From an uncultured Alphaproteobacteria bacterium (GTDB taxonomy: Bacteria > Pseudomonadota > Alphaproteobacteria > Rs-D84): a stretch of DNA of 32,000 nt. The stretch covers positions 540,001 through 572,000 of the forward strand of contig OZ007020.1 in assembly GCA_963931495.1 (NCBI GenBank), given 5' to 3'. Position 1 is the first letter of the stretch, and each line of letters starts with the position of its first letter. The position numbers and the translations under genes were made by a program. Shown piece by piece: positions 1 through 7,751 of the stretch. The notes beneath the pieces were generated by a model. The model was not told the DNA's origin and made no database searches. It saw only the letters and a program-made list of their open reading frames with translations.

Positions 1-540
1 GTCTGGCAGCAGCGGAAATATAAGCACGGCGACACAGCGACAATTGGGTACATCCCAGGTACCACCAGCGCGTCAATTAACAAGTGGTTCGTCTGGCAGC
101 AGCGGAAATATAAGCACGGCGACCCAGCAACAATTGGGCACATCCCAAGTACCACCAGCGCGTCAATTAACAAGTGGGTCGTCTGGCAGCAGCGGAAATA
201 TAAGCACGGCGACACAGCGACAATTGGGTACATCCCAGGTACCACCAGCGCGTCAATTAACAAGTGGTTCGTCTGGCAGCAGCGGAAATATAAGCACGGC
301 GACCCAGCAACAATTGGGCACATCCCAAGTACCACCAGCGCGTCAATTAACAAGTGGGTCGTCTGGCAGCAGCGGAAATATAAGCACGGCGACACAGCGA
401 CAATTGGGTACATCCCAGGTACCACCAGCGCGTCAATTAACAAGTGGTTCGTCTGGCAGCAGCGGAAATATAAGCACGGCGACCCAGCAACAATTGGGTA
501 CATCCCAGGTACCACCCGCGCGTCAATTAACAAGTGGGTC
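1..540 (+). repeat. In-frame coding tandem repeat: six 90-bp units arranged as three 180-bp higher-order units (A-B-A-B-A-B'). It runs off the 5' edge of the window.
   Basis: gtctggcagcagcggaaatataagcacggc recurs at 1, 91, 181, 271, 361 and 451. Bases 1-180 are identical to 181-360, and 361-480 repeats them again. A and B units differ at 5 positions. The last unit (451-540) is an A/B hybrid with one extra change. Each unit encodes the 30-aa sequence GTSQVPPARQLTSGSSGSSGNISTATQ(Q/R)QL. Confidence 0.97.
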
Positions 541-2596
541 ATCTGGTGGCGGATCTGGTGGTAATACCGGTGGTGGTAAAGTAACAGGTAAGGGCGTAGG
601 AAGTACCGTTGGGAAAGCACTGGGTACCCTGAGTGGTGTTTTGATGGTTGTTGATGGCGCTAACAATCTATCAGAATCTGTTGCTGGTACAGAAAAAGCC
701 ACTTGGAAAGATGTTGGGCGAGGTGCCCTGGGTGGTGCAGAGACGGCAGGTGGGGCGACTGTGATTGCAAATTCATATGTAGGTTTTGGAACCGTTGTAT
801 GGATTGCATCAATTGCCACAGGTGCGGTAATCGGCGCGGCCGGTGCCGGTGCAGAAATGTTTTCTGAAACAGATTGTGAAATGGACCCTGTGTTGGGAAA
901 ATACGCCTGTTGTAATATTTCAAAGTTAAGTAATATTGATGCATATCGCGCCGAAATTGGTGACAGGATGTTTACAGATACTTTCCCATATGTACGTTAT
1001 TGTGTTCAGGGAAAAAAAGAATTCAAAGAAGAACAACCGTGGTTAAAGGGACGTTTTTTGGATGACCATTGGTCTGCAAATGCTGAGGTTGGTTTATGCC
1101 CGGGATATGATATGCCGGTAAATCCAGATATGAACATAACACTGATTGCTGTTGAAGATGCGGATGATTTTGGACACTGTTGGGCGTGGGAATGCGCAGA
1201 CGAAGGTTTTACACGATATAAAGGGACCTGTATTGGTAATGTCGTAGATGACCCTAGTCTGATGGGGCCGTTCTTGCCCGAAGGCTTTGAACGCACTGCG
1301 CCGCATACTGTTGGAACAGATTGTGATACTGCGGATTTGCCACAATATGCAACCGCTGGCGTATGGGTTGACAAGGGAAATAACCAGGTTGCGTGTGCTG
1401 CAACTGCGTGCCAGGATGGAACTTATTTGGTGCTGAATGCATCTGGGGTGTCAATGGGTTGGTGTGTTGCTGCGTCTTATTGTTCAGATGGTACGCATTT
1501 GAATATTATTGATGGGGTAAAAACAGATTTGCAATGTATTGCAGATTCAAGTGAAGCAGGTCAAACAAATGATAATTCGGGTGCGGTGGGCGGCACACCA
1601 TCAACCCCAGAAAGTGTCGCCAATCAATCTGGTAATAATGACTCGTCTGGTGTGGGTAATGAATGTGCACGTGGGGTGCCTGGGTACGTTGTATTTGACG
1701 GTGTATGTATGACAATTTCGCAAATGCAACAGATTCAAAATCAACGGGCTGCGCAACAAAAAAATGACCAGATTGCAGGTCTGGAATCACAAATTAACCG
1801 CTATACAAAAACAATAACAAGCATTGAAGAATCGCATACGGATGACAAGGTTAGTGTATGGAAGAATGCGGAGGGGAAATTTAATACATCACGCTTGCTG
1901 TCAGATTCTATTGCGGGGGTTGCGTTGGGCACTGTTGGTGGTTTTGTGGTTAATAAACTGGTCAAAGACCATCATGTTGAAACAGGGTTTGAAGAAATCG
2001 TATGTGTTATAGATGGGGAACAAATTGCAAGCTATGATGAAGAGTTTGTAATTTCTGGTGCGGTAAATAAGGCAGAGTGCATTGGTAACAATGCGTCATA
2101 CGGTAATACTTATGTTTGGGCATCGCGTACATCAGGTGGGACAAACTATTCAACGATGATAGAAGATGTAAACAATCCAGAAAACAATGCGTGCTGGATA
2201 CGGGTAGATATAGGTACGACGAATAACAAGATAAAGGTATCAGATATTCCGTCGCGATGGTTTATGGTTGGTCAACAGGTTAATTGTGGCAGTTGGGCAG
2301 ACTATGACACTTTGCGTGAACGGGTATTGGATGCGCGCAAGAGTGGCCGAACATGGGCGACGGTTGGTGGTGCGGTTGGCGGTGCTGGTTTAGGTGTTGG
2401 GATAATGGAATTATTTGGTAATCGCTTGATTGGCGGCAAGGTTATGGGTCAAAAGTCGCTAGATGAAGTAGAATTGCTGTATTCGCAGATGACGACAACG
2501 GAACGCGCACAGTACGAAGAAGCGATAACGGAACTGGGGCGTGCGTGTGATGAGCTGCATGTACTTGGTGGTGTTCATTCTGCGTGCGGGGATTAA
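2..2596 (+). CDS. Large exported or membrane-associated repeat protein, 5'-partial, function unknown. Order of regions: S/G/T/Q-rich 30-aa repeats, Gly-rich hydrophobic segments, a Cys-rich region, a Gln-rich coiled-coil-like stretch and two further hydrophobic segments.
   Basis: The frame stays open from the window edge; the listed TTG at 44 is only the first in-window start. Stop at 2594-2596, followed by a rho-independent terminator. Hydrophobic segments include VIANSYVGFGTVVWIASIATGAVIGAAGAGA, IAGVALGTVGGFVVNKLV and WATVGGAVGGAGLGVGIMELF. Many paired cysteines are present, e.g. GHCWAWECADEGFTRYKGTCIG. I recognise no family. Confidence 0.8.
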   Translation, partial: SGSSGNISTATQRQLGTSQVPPARQLTSGSSGSSGNISTATQQQLGTSQVPPARQLTSGSSGSSGNISTATQRQLGTSQVPPARQLTSGSSGSSGNISTATQQQLGTSQVPPARQLTSGSSGSSGNISTATQRQLGTSQVPPARQLTSGSSGSSGNISTATQQQLGTSQVPPARQLTSGSSGGGSGGNTGGGKVTGKGVGSTVGKALGTLSGVLMVVDGANNLSESVAGTEKATWKDVGRGALGGAETAGGATVIANSYVGFGTVVWIASIATGAVIGAAGAGAEMFSETDCEMDPVLGKYACCNISKLSNIDAYRAEIGDRMFTDTFPYVRYCVQGKKEFKEEQPWLKGRFLDDHWSANAEVGLCPGYDMPVNPDMNITLIAVEDADDFGHCWAWECADEGFTRYKGTCIGNVVDDPSLMGPFLPEGFERTAPHTVGTDCDTADLPQYATAGVWVDKGNNQVACAATACQDGTYLVLNASGVSMGWCVAASYCSDGTHLNIIDGVKTDLQCIADSSEAGQTNDNSGAVGGTPSTPESVANQSGNNDSSGVGNECARGVPGYVVFDGVCMTISQMQQIQNQRAAQQKNDQIAGLESQINRYTKTITSIEESHTDDKVSVWKNAEGKFNTSRLLSDSIAGVALGTVGGFVVNKLVKDHHVETGFEEIVCVIDGEQIASYDEEFVISGAVNKAECIGNNASYGNTYVWASRTSGGTNYSTMIEDVNNPENNACWIRVDIGTTNNKIKVSDIPSRWFMVGQQVNCGSWADYDTLRERVLDARKSGRTWATVGGAVGGAGLGVGIMELFGNRLIGGKVMGQKSLDEVELLYSQMTTTERAQYEEAITELGRACDELHVLGGVHSACGD

Positions 2597-2625
2597 GCGA
2601 GAATAAAACAAGATGTAATAAACTA

Positions 2626-2655
2626 ACGGGGCATAATTTAAAAGCCCCGTTTTTA
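2626..2655 (+). terminator. Rho-independent terminator of the giant repeat-protein gene
   Basis: ACGGGGC (2626-2632) pairs with GCCCCGT (2644-2650), with an 11-nt loop and a following TTTT. Confidence 0.8.
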
Positions 2656-2672
2656 TATACCAAGGAAAGACA

Positions 2673-2900
2673 ATGAACAAAATATATTTATTAATCTTTG
2701 TGTTCGGTATCGTAATCGGGGCGTATTTCGCCGGCACGCGCGTCGCAACACAAAAATGTAATGCGCGTGTCGCCACCGTCACAGCCGGTGCACAAAAACA
2801 AATATTTCAAACAATGGGTGATGTTAATGCGGAAACTTTTAGTACTGGGGTGCGTGATATTCGTCGCATCTTGCGCGAAAAATACTCAATTGCCGAATAG
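2673..2900 (+). CDS. Small type-II (N-terminal anchor) membrane protein, 75 aa; candidate i-spanin-like component
   Basis: ATG at 2673 follows AAGGAAAG (2662-2669). The N-terminal transmembrane helix is LLIFVFGIVIGAYFAG and the C-terminal part is polar. The next ORF overlaps it out of frame. Confidence 0.6.
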   Translation: MNKIYLLIFVFGIVIGAYFAGTRVATQKCNARVATVTAGAQKQIFQTMGDVNAETFSTGVRDIRRILREKYSIAE

Positions 2901-3015
2901 TTCATGGGTGCCGTGTATACCAATTTATGGGCGAACAGGGGACTGGGACGTAATCAGTGATGATTTGGCACGTAACATATATCGCCACAATAAAATGTGT
3001 GAAAAACAGTCATAG
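2821..3015 (+). CDS. Small lipoprotein, 64 aa precursor, starting inside the preceding gene in another frame; candidate o-spanin-like component
   Basis: MLMRKLLVLGCVIFVASCAKN has a basic N-terminus, a hydrophobic core and a lipobox-like VASC. The mature part of about 47 aa contains 3 Cys (CAKN..., PCIPIY, NKMCE). The ORF track begins it at 2761, but the signal peptide only makes sense from the ATG at 2821 or 2827. Confidence 0.55.
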   Translation: MLMRKLLVLGCVIFVASCAKNTQLPNSSWVPCIPIYGRTGDWDVISDDLARNIYRHNKMCEKQS

Positions 3016-3033
3016 TTTATGAAAATGGTGGGA

Positions 3034-4089
3034 TTATTTTGCCGCTTCAACCAAACTTTCCAGTGCGGTCTTTAATCGCACCAGCGAAGATTCATACGTT
3101 GCGCAATCGCGCGATATTTCTGAACGATATGCATCACGCAAATTGTTTGACATATATGAACATGCACGTAAATGCTGGGAACAATACGAATGACCAATCG
3201 CAAATGATTGTTGACCACGTACGGAACTTTCCGTGCCCGCCCAATCAATATCTAGGGCAGATTCCAGATTTTCCCACGAATTGTCGCCCGTATATTTGCC
3301 GATGATTTCATCCCAATATTCATTCATTTCGGCGTCTGTCCATATGTTTGTGCCACCGGCTGCGATTAGTTCATATATCAATTTGTCAATTTCTGGTTTG
3401 TATTTTGCGTCAATTTGGGCCAACTTTGAACTGCAATAGCAACGGTTGTATTCGGTGTCTGCGCGTTCACAATAATCATTCATGCAATCAATATAGTCCG
3501 CCATACAACGCGCAGATGATACCGCGTTCCCATTATACACCAATGCAGACGTGTTGCCGGATTTAATGTTCGCATTGGTTGACGCATCACCGCGCGATGA
3601 ACGCGTTGCCCCAGATGCCGCCACCATGTTGGTTGATGCCGTCCCAGAACGTGCAACAACACGGCGTGATGATGTTGTCCCAGGACGTGCCGTGCCAGCA
3701 GATGTCGCCGTCGCCGCGCGTGCATTTGATGTCGTCGTCGCGCGACGCGCAGACACCCCACGCGATGTTGTGCCAGATGTCGTCCCCGCCCGCGCCGCAG
3801 ACGCAGTTGTCCCCGCCCGCGCCGATGTTGTTGGGGTGCGCGAAACAACCCGGCGGGTTGCCGTATTCGGGGCGGTGTTTGTACGGGTCAAAACATTAAT
3901 CTGGGCATTGGATTGTGACGGATTCGTACCCGGATTTAATTGGGTGCGCATAGTATTGTTCATGTACGGATACAAATTATTGTATGTATTTGCACTGATA
4001 TAATCCGATGGCACAGATGTTGCCGCCCAGGCCATTGGGGCGACCGATATGACGGTTGTTATGATAAAAAATTTAATGCGCATTAACAT
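3034..4089 (-). CDS. Secreted protein, function unknown, with a signal peptide, an Arg/Ser/Thr/Ala-rich low-complexity region and a Cys-rich helical C-terminal domain
   Basis: Signal peptide MLMRIKFFIITTVISVAPMAWA|AT. The low-complexity tract is RRVVSRTPTTSARAGTTASAARAGTTSGTTSRGVSARRATTTSNARAATATSAGTARPGTTSSRRVVARSG. The C-terminal domain contains CMADYIDCMNDYCERADTEYNRCYC. The start could be 4119, 4089 or 4083; I chose 4089 because it sits directly before the signal peptide. Confidence 0.75.
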   Translation of the reverse strand: MLMRIKFFIITTVISVAPMAWAATSVPSDYISANTYNNLYPYMNNTMRTQLNPGTNPSQSNAQINVLTRTNTAPNTATRRVVSRTPTTSARAGTTASAARAGTTSGTTSRGVSARRATTTSNARAATATSAGTARPGTTSSRRVVARSGTASTNMVAASGATRSSRGDASTNANIKSGNTSALVYNGNAVSSARCMADYIDCMNDYCERADTEYNRCYCSSKLAQIDAKYKPEIDKLIYELIAAGGTNIWTDAEMNEYWDEIIGKYTGDNSWENLESALDIDWAGTESSVRGQQSFAIGHSYCSQHLRACSYMSNNLRDAYRSEISRDCATYESSLVRLKTALESLVEAAK

Positions 4090-4148
4090 CTGATTACAAT
4101 TGTAAAAATTTTCAAGCATTCATACAAGTATTTATTTTACATAAAAAT

Positions 4149-4176
4149 TTGCAATTTCAGAAAAACTTGATATAAT
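4149..4176 (+). promoter_or_regulatory. Sigma70-type promoter for tRNA-Pro
   Basis: TTGCAA (4149-4154), 16-nt spacer, TATAAT (4171-4176). The -10 element ends 12 nt before the mature tRNA 5' end. Confidence 0.6.
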
Positions 4177-4188
4177 AACCCATCGTTT

Positions 4189-4265
4189 CGGGGCGTAACT
4201 CAGTCTGGTAGAGTGCTTGCTTTGGGAGCAAGATGTCGCATGTTCGAATCATGTCGCCCCGACCA
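4189..4265 (+). tRNA. tRNA-Pro (anticodon UGG)
   Basis: Acceptor stem CGGGGCG/CGCCCCG. D arm CTCA-GTCTGGTA-GAGT. Anticodon stem-loop CTTGC-TTTGGGA-GCAAG. T arm GCATG-TTCGAAT-CATGT. Discriminator A and an encoded CCA. Confidence 0.95.
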
Positions 4266-4302
4266 GAGATAATTAATCATTTTTACTTAGTTTTTATAAA
4301 AC

Positions 4303-4328
4303 CACTCGTAAAAAACGGGTGTTTTTTT
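4303..4328 (+). terminator. Rho-independent terminator downstream of tRNA-Pro
   Basis: CACTCG (4303-4308) pairs with CGGGTG (4316-4321), including one G-U pair. A run of seven T follows. Confidence 0.65.
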
Positions 4329-4529
4329 GCAAAAAGCGTTTTTGTGTATGGGCAAGGTGCAATGTTGCTGTGATTTCCCTGTGAATCGTTAAAAAAGGGG
4401 ATACAGGCATTCGTTTCGTAGCAACTAAATGCTGATCAGAAAATTCACTCCGTTGCATTTGCGACAATAATTAAATAAATAGATTTTTGCGTGTTTTTTT
4501 GTTATCCTTTTGGTGAAGAGTGTTGCTGA

Positions 4530-5105
4530 ATGAATATCTTGCCAGATTATATAAAGGGTGAACGGGTGCAATTGCGCCGTTCTTTGCCGTCGCATGCAGG
4601 TGCTGTGTGGCAATATGTCAAAGATAATCAAGATTTATTTATGAAATGGCAGAACAGTTGTTGGAAAAGTGAAAAAGAAATTTTTGATTATTTTACTGAA
4701 TTAAACAGTGATAAAAACCACAAAGATTTTTATTACACTGTTTTTCTTGGTGACATAATTATCGGTACTGTAAATTGTTGGGATATCAGTACATGGCGAA
4801 TGGCGTGTCAGTTAGGGTATGAGATAAATCCAGAATATGCCGGTCATGGATATGCGACAGAATCTGTTAAACTTTTAGTAAAAGAGCTTATTAAAGCTGG
4901 GTTTGTCCGTATAAAAATAGAATGTGCAACAGAAAATGTCCCAAGTATGAATCTGGCGCAAAAAGCGGGTTTTGTTTGTGAAGGCATAATGAAGAAAGAT
5001 GTGTTTATGAAATCGGCAAATCGTTTCTGTGATACAGCGGTTTTTGCAATTGTTGATGAAGATAATGCAGTAAAATTGGAAATAAGTAGGTCAAATATTT
5101 TGTAA
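4530..5105 (+). CDS. GNAT-family N-acetyltransferase (RimJ/RimL-like)
   Basis: Typical GNAT core: LGYEINPEYAGHGYATESVKLLVKELIKAGFVRIKIECATENVPSMNLAQKAGFVCEG. Size is 191 aa. Confidence 0.75.
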   Translation: MNILPDYIKGERVQLRRSLPSHAGAVWQYVKDNQDLFMKWQNSCWKSEKEIFDYFTELNSDKNHKDFYYTVFLGDIIIGTVNCWDISTWRMACQLGYEINPEYAGHGYATESVKLLVKELIKAGFVRIKIECATENVPSMNLAQKAGFVCEGIMKKDVFMKSANRFCDTAVFAIVDEDNAVKLEISRSNIL

Positions 5106-5129
5106 GAATATGTGTAAAAGTGATTTTGT

Positions 5130-5648
5130 ATGTGCCACAGAGGGGCGTGGTTATCCACGGCTTTAATCGTGTATAGCGCCGAAAACGTGGGATTTTATAT
5201 TCAAAAATGCACGGTATGTGATTTTGCAATAGCCAAATCCGCCAAAATTTCAGTTATGACATTTTATAACAGTCAATTTGAGGTGTATGATGTTTCTGAC
5301 TTGATAAATAAATGTATTTGTAATATTCTTTTTGAAAAAAAGGGTAAAAGTATGGGTTTCACGCAGGAAAAGAAAATAAATACGGATGTTTGCGATTTTT
5401 GCACGGGATGTGAAGAACATTGCAAGTTCGGCTTTGATTTCTATTATAATGAAAATAATAAAAGGGTGGGTTGCCCAACCATAGGTGGTGAACAAATAAA
5501 AGAGTTTTTATGTAAAGATGGTACGTGGAAAATATCTGAAAAAGAAGAAAATTGCGTTTCCACATATGATTTTAACCGATTCCACAGCGAGATGATGCGT
5601 GCAGCACGTCAAATAGCGACGCTTTGTGATAAATATAAAGCGCGGTAA
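5130..5648 (+). CDS. Hypothetical Cys-rich protein with uncertain start; a shorter 98-aa version from the ATG at 5352 is equally plausible
   Basis: Open frame of 172 aa. AAGGG lies upstream of the ATG at 5352 (MGFTQEKK...). Contains CDFCTGCEEHC plus further Cys residues. I recognise no homology. An AT-rich hairpin TCGTAA/TTACGA followed by a T-run lies after the stop. Confidence 0.35.
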   Translation: MCHRGAWLSTALIVYSAENVGFYIQKCTVCDFAIAKSAKISVMTFYNSQFEVYDVSDLINKCICNILFEKKGKSMGFTQEKKINTDVCDFCTGCEEHCKFGFDFYYNENNKRVGCPTIGGEQIKEFLCKDGTWKISEKEENCVSTYDFNRFHSEMMRAARQIATLCDKYKAR

Positions 5649-5791
5649 GATAGGTTTCGTAATTTTTTTGTTTTACGATTTTTATGCTTGGATGAGTTCA
5701 ACTGATTTTGTATGTGGCGTGGGGGCAATCGTTTTAGTGAAGGGTTATATTTGGTGTGCCAAACGCGTGTTCCAAAACGCGGCGTGCATCG

Positions 5792-6538
5792 TCAAAATGT
5801 CCTGCGCCGAAATGCGGCCAGCACACATTTATGAGTGTTTACAGCGTGAAAAATACACTTTATCATATACGGATCGCGTGAATATAAATTTATTTCGGCC
5901 TGCACTTTATTTATCAGGTTGCCCCGCTTATTTGGTTCGTTCCAGTTTGGGTGTTTGGCCAGCATATCGCTGAGATTATCATCTGTGATTTCCAGACCAA
6001 AATTTTGTAAAAAGTATTTTTTGAATTCTGATTCATTCATTGGTTGTGGAAAATCGTTATTCCAGATTTTATGCGTGACATTTTTTATCGCGCGATTAAT
6101 AGAAAATTTTTCATTAAATGTTTTTTTGTAAAGATATGCGTCGGTCAACATAAAAAATGTTTGCATTTTATGGGCATAATCTGGTGACAGCGCGATTAAA
6201 TCAGAAATCCAATCTGTTTTATCTGTATCGGCAAAAACAACGTCTATGCCTGCGCGCATACCAACCAGTGCCGCATATTCCAGTTCATTTTTAGTTTCGA
6301 TTGTACTGGCATCTGGCGTTAATGTGGCTTTGCGGCTGTATTCCGTGACAATGCAATCAATATCAAAATCAGAAAAACATTTGTCCAGCAACTGAAAAGA
6401 TTTATTTGCACTGTGCTTGGTACCACAATAAATTAATTTTTTATTATCAAATTCAAACACCGCCAATGCCGGTGAATGCAAATGCGGTTTACAATCTGAC
6501 CAAGAATCCAGCAAAGTCAAATCTGGCACGTATTTCAT
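5792..6538 (-). CDS. Hypothetical protein, possibly a member of the TraB/PrgY/GumN (TIKI superfamily) fold
   Basis: 248-aa ORF, 18 nt downstream of the preceding minus-strand gene, so a likely operon. LIYCGTKHS resembles the GTxH motif. IDCIVTEYS and NELEYAALVGMRAGIDVVFADTD resemble the TraB pattern (acidic strand, then E-x-x-A-x(3)-A/G-x(3)-G-x-V-x-x-D). The motifs were matched by eye only. Confidence 0.6.
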   Translation of the reverse strand: MKYVPDLTLLDSWSDCKPHLHSPALAVFEFDNKKLIYCGTKHSANKSFQLLDKCFSDFDIDCIVTEYSRKATLTPDASTIETKNELEYAALVGMRAGIDVVFADTDKTDWISDLIALSPDYAHKMQTFFMLTDAYLYKKTFNEKFSINRAIKNVTHKIWNNDFPQPMNESEFKKYFLQNFGLEITDDNLSDMLAKHPNWNEPNKRGNLINKVQAEINLYSRDPYMIKCIFHAVNTHKCVLAAFRRRTF

Positions 6539-6556
6539 TGAGATGCCCCCCCTATG

Positions 6557-7720
6557 TTATTTAATATTCGAATTACTTTTCAGCGCTTCGGATAAAACAG
6601 ATATGTTTTTGCCAGTGGAATCCGGTTTATACAATTCAAAGTTGTTTTTATCTTGGACGATTTTGCCCCATTGAATCCCAGACATATTAGGCGTATTAAA
6701 TTCATCTTTCAACACATATACTTTGATGTTGCCGTTTTTGATTTCTTGCATAACATCAATCTCTATAACCCTGTTTATCCGCTTGTCCGTTAAACAATAA
6801 TAACTGCCATCTACATCTCGGTTGAAACCAGTGGGATCCAGTTCATAAACATACGCCTTGGTCGGAATATTTGGATTTAGTTCTTGAATATATAAAACAT
6901 TTTTTTCACGTGGTGATTTCCAGCCATTGCCAAGCAGTCTCATAATCGCATAATTTTTAGCGTGCACCAAATCAGATGTTGCAAATACAGCGGTAATCGC
7001 TGTTTGCATATGGTCAATATGCGCCGGTTTCGCATGAATAATCCCATCGGTTATTTTTATACCAGAACCATGATAAAGCATTTTTGGGGATATTATATTC
7101 GTCCCTGTTGGCTGATTATTTTGCTTCATTGGCGTTTGTAAAACTTGTTTTTCTATATCCCGGACCAGTTTATTCATACGTTGTGGTGCAATTATCCAAC
7201 TAGGCGTTTGACCCGTCAATTTCATAAGTGTTTTTTCTTGCTGGGTGCGTGTGTCAAAATGACGCCTGCGTGTGTCGGCATCATATCCTGACTGTTCCAG
7301 AAAATATGTGATATCTGCCGGTGGGAAACCAAAGTTTATTCCGTACAGAAAATCTATTTGCGAATTTGGTCGTACCGCGACAGATTGTATTTCGGGATTT
7401 AATTTTTTTATTTTATCAACCAGTTCGGTTAACTGTAATGTGGCGGTGGTACGCGTCAATGCTAACGCTTTTGATTGTGGCACTGGCATACCAAGTTTTT
7501 CATAATTTGTTAAAAAATCCAGCCGCTGCAACATAGTAAAAAAATCTGTTGGATTCATGTTATCCGGCAATGTGTATTTGTGCCAAATTTCAATGGTGGG
7601 TTGGATACCCCGTTGGTTCAGATGTTGTGCAAATTGTTCGGCGGACGAATAATACCTGGAGCCAGTTGCACCGAACTCGCGCGCATATCGACGTGCCAAA
7701 ATATCGATTTTGTCTGACAT
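6557..7720 (-). CDS. Hypothetical two-domain protein whose C-terminal half has an H-Y-E-class ADP-ribosyltransferase-like (PARP/Tpt1-like) motif pattern
   Basis: I chose the start at MSDKIDIL (ATG at 7720) because GGGGG lies 6 nt upstream and an extended -10 element (TGATATAAT) lies further upstream. The C-terminal sequence MLYHGSGIKITDGIIHAKP...AVFATSDLVHAKNYA...AYVYELDP parallels the PARP catalytic motifs LWHGSR...GIYFAD..SKSANYC...YNEYIVYD. Confidence 0.7.
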   Translation of the reverse strand: MSDKIDILARRYAREFGATGSRYYSSAEQFAQHLNQRGIQPTIEIWHKYTLPDNMNPTDFFTMLQRLDFLTNYEKLGMPVPQSKALALTRTTATLQLTELVDKIKKLNPEIQSVAVRPNSQIDFLYGINFGFPPADITYFLEQSGYDADTRRRHFDTRTQQEKTLMKLTGQTPSWIIAPQRMNKLVRDIEKQVLQTPMKQNNQPTGTNIISPKMLYHGSGIKITDGIIHAKPAHIDHMQTAITAVFATSDLVHAKNYAIMRLLGNGWKSPREKNVLYIQELNPNIPTKAYVYELDPTGFNRDVDGSYYCLTDKRINRVIEIDVMQEIKNGNIKVYVLKDEFNTPNMSGIQWGKIVQDKNNFELYKPDSTGKNISVLSEALKSNSNIK

Positions 7721-7742
7721 TTTTGCCCCCATGTTATGGGAT

Positions 7743-7751
7743 ATTATATCA
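7743..7751 (-). promoter_or_regulatory. Extended -10 promoter element (TGnTATAAT) upstream of the 6557-7720 gene
   Basis: The minus strand reads gatgTGATATAATatcccataacatGGGGGcaaaaATG. Confidence 0.4.

Noticed and set aside
2761-2820. The ORF-track start at 2761 for the lipoprotein ORF (84 aa)
   Set aside because: The first 20 residues (MRVSPPSQPVHKNKYFKQWV) would bury the signal peptide internally. The ATG at 2821 or 2827 gives a canonical lipoprotein signal.
3480-4003. ORFs 3480-3848 (-), 3551-4003 (+) and 3579-3899 (+) of 106-150 aa
   Set aside because: All lie within the GC-rich low-complexity tract of the 3034-4089 gene, where stop codons are rare in every frame. Their products are Arg/Pro/Val-rich nonsense-like sequences with no start context.
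4425-4631. A 68-aa minus-strand ORF between the tRNA-Pro terminator and the GNAT gene
   Set aside because: It overlaps the GNAT start, has no ribosome-binding site and has a non-coding-like composition.
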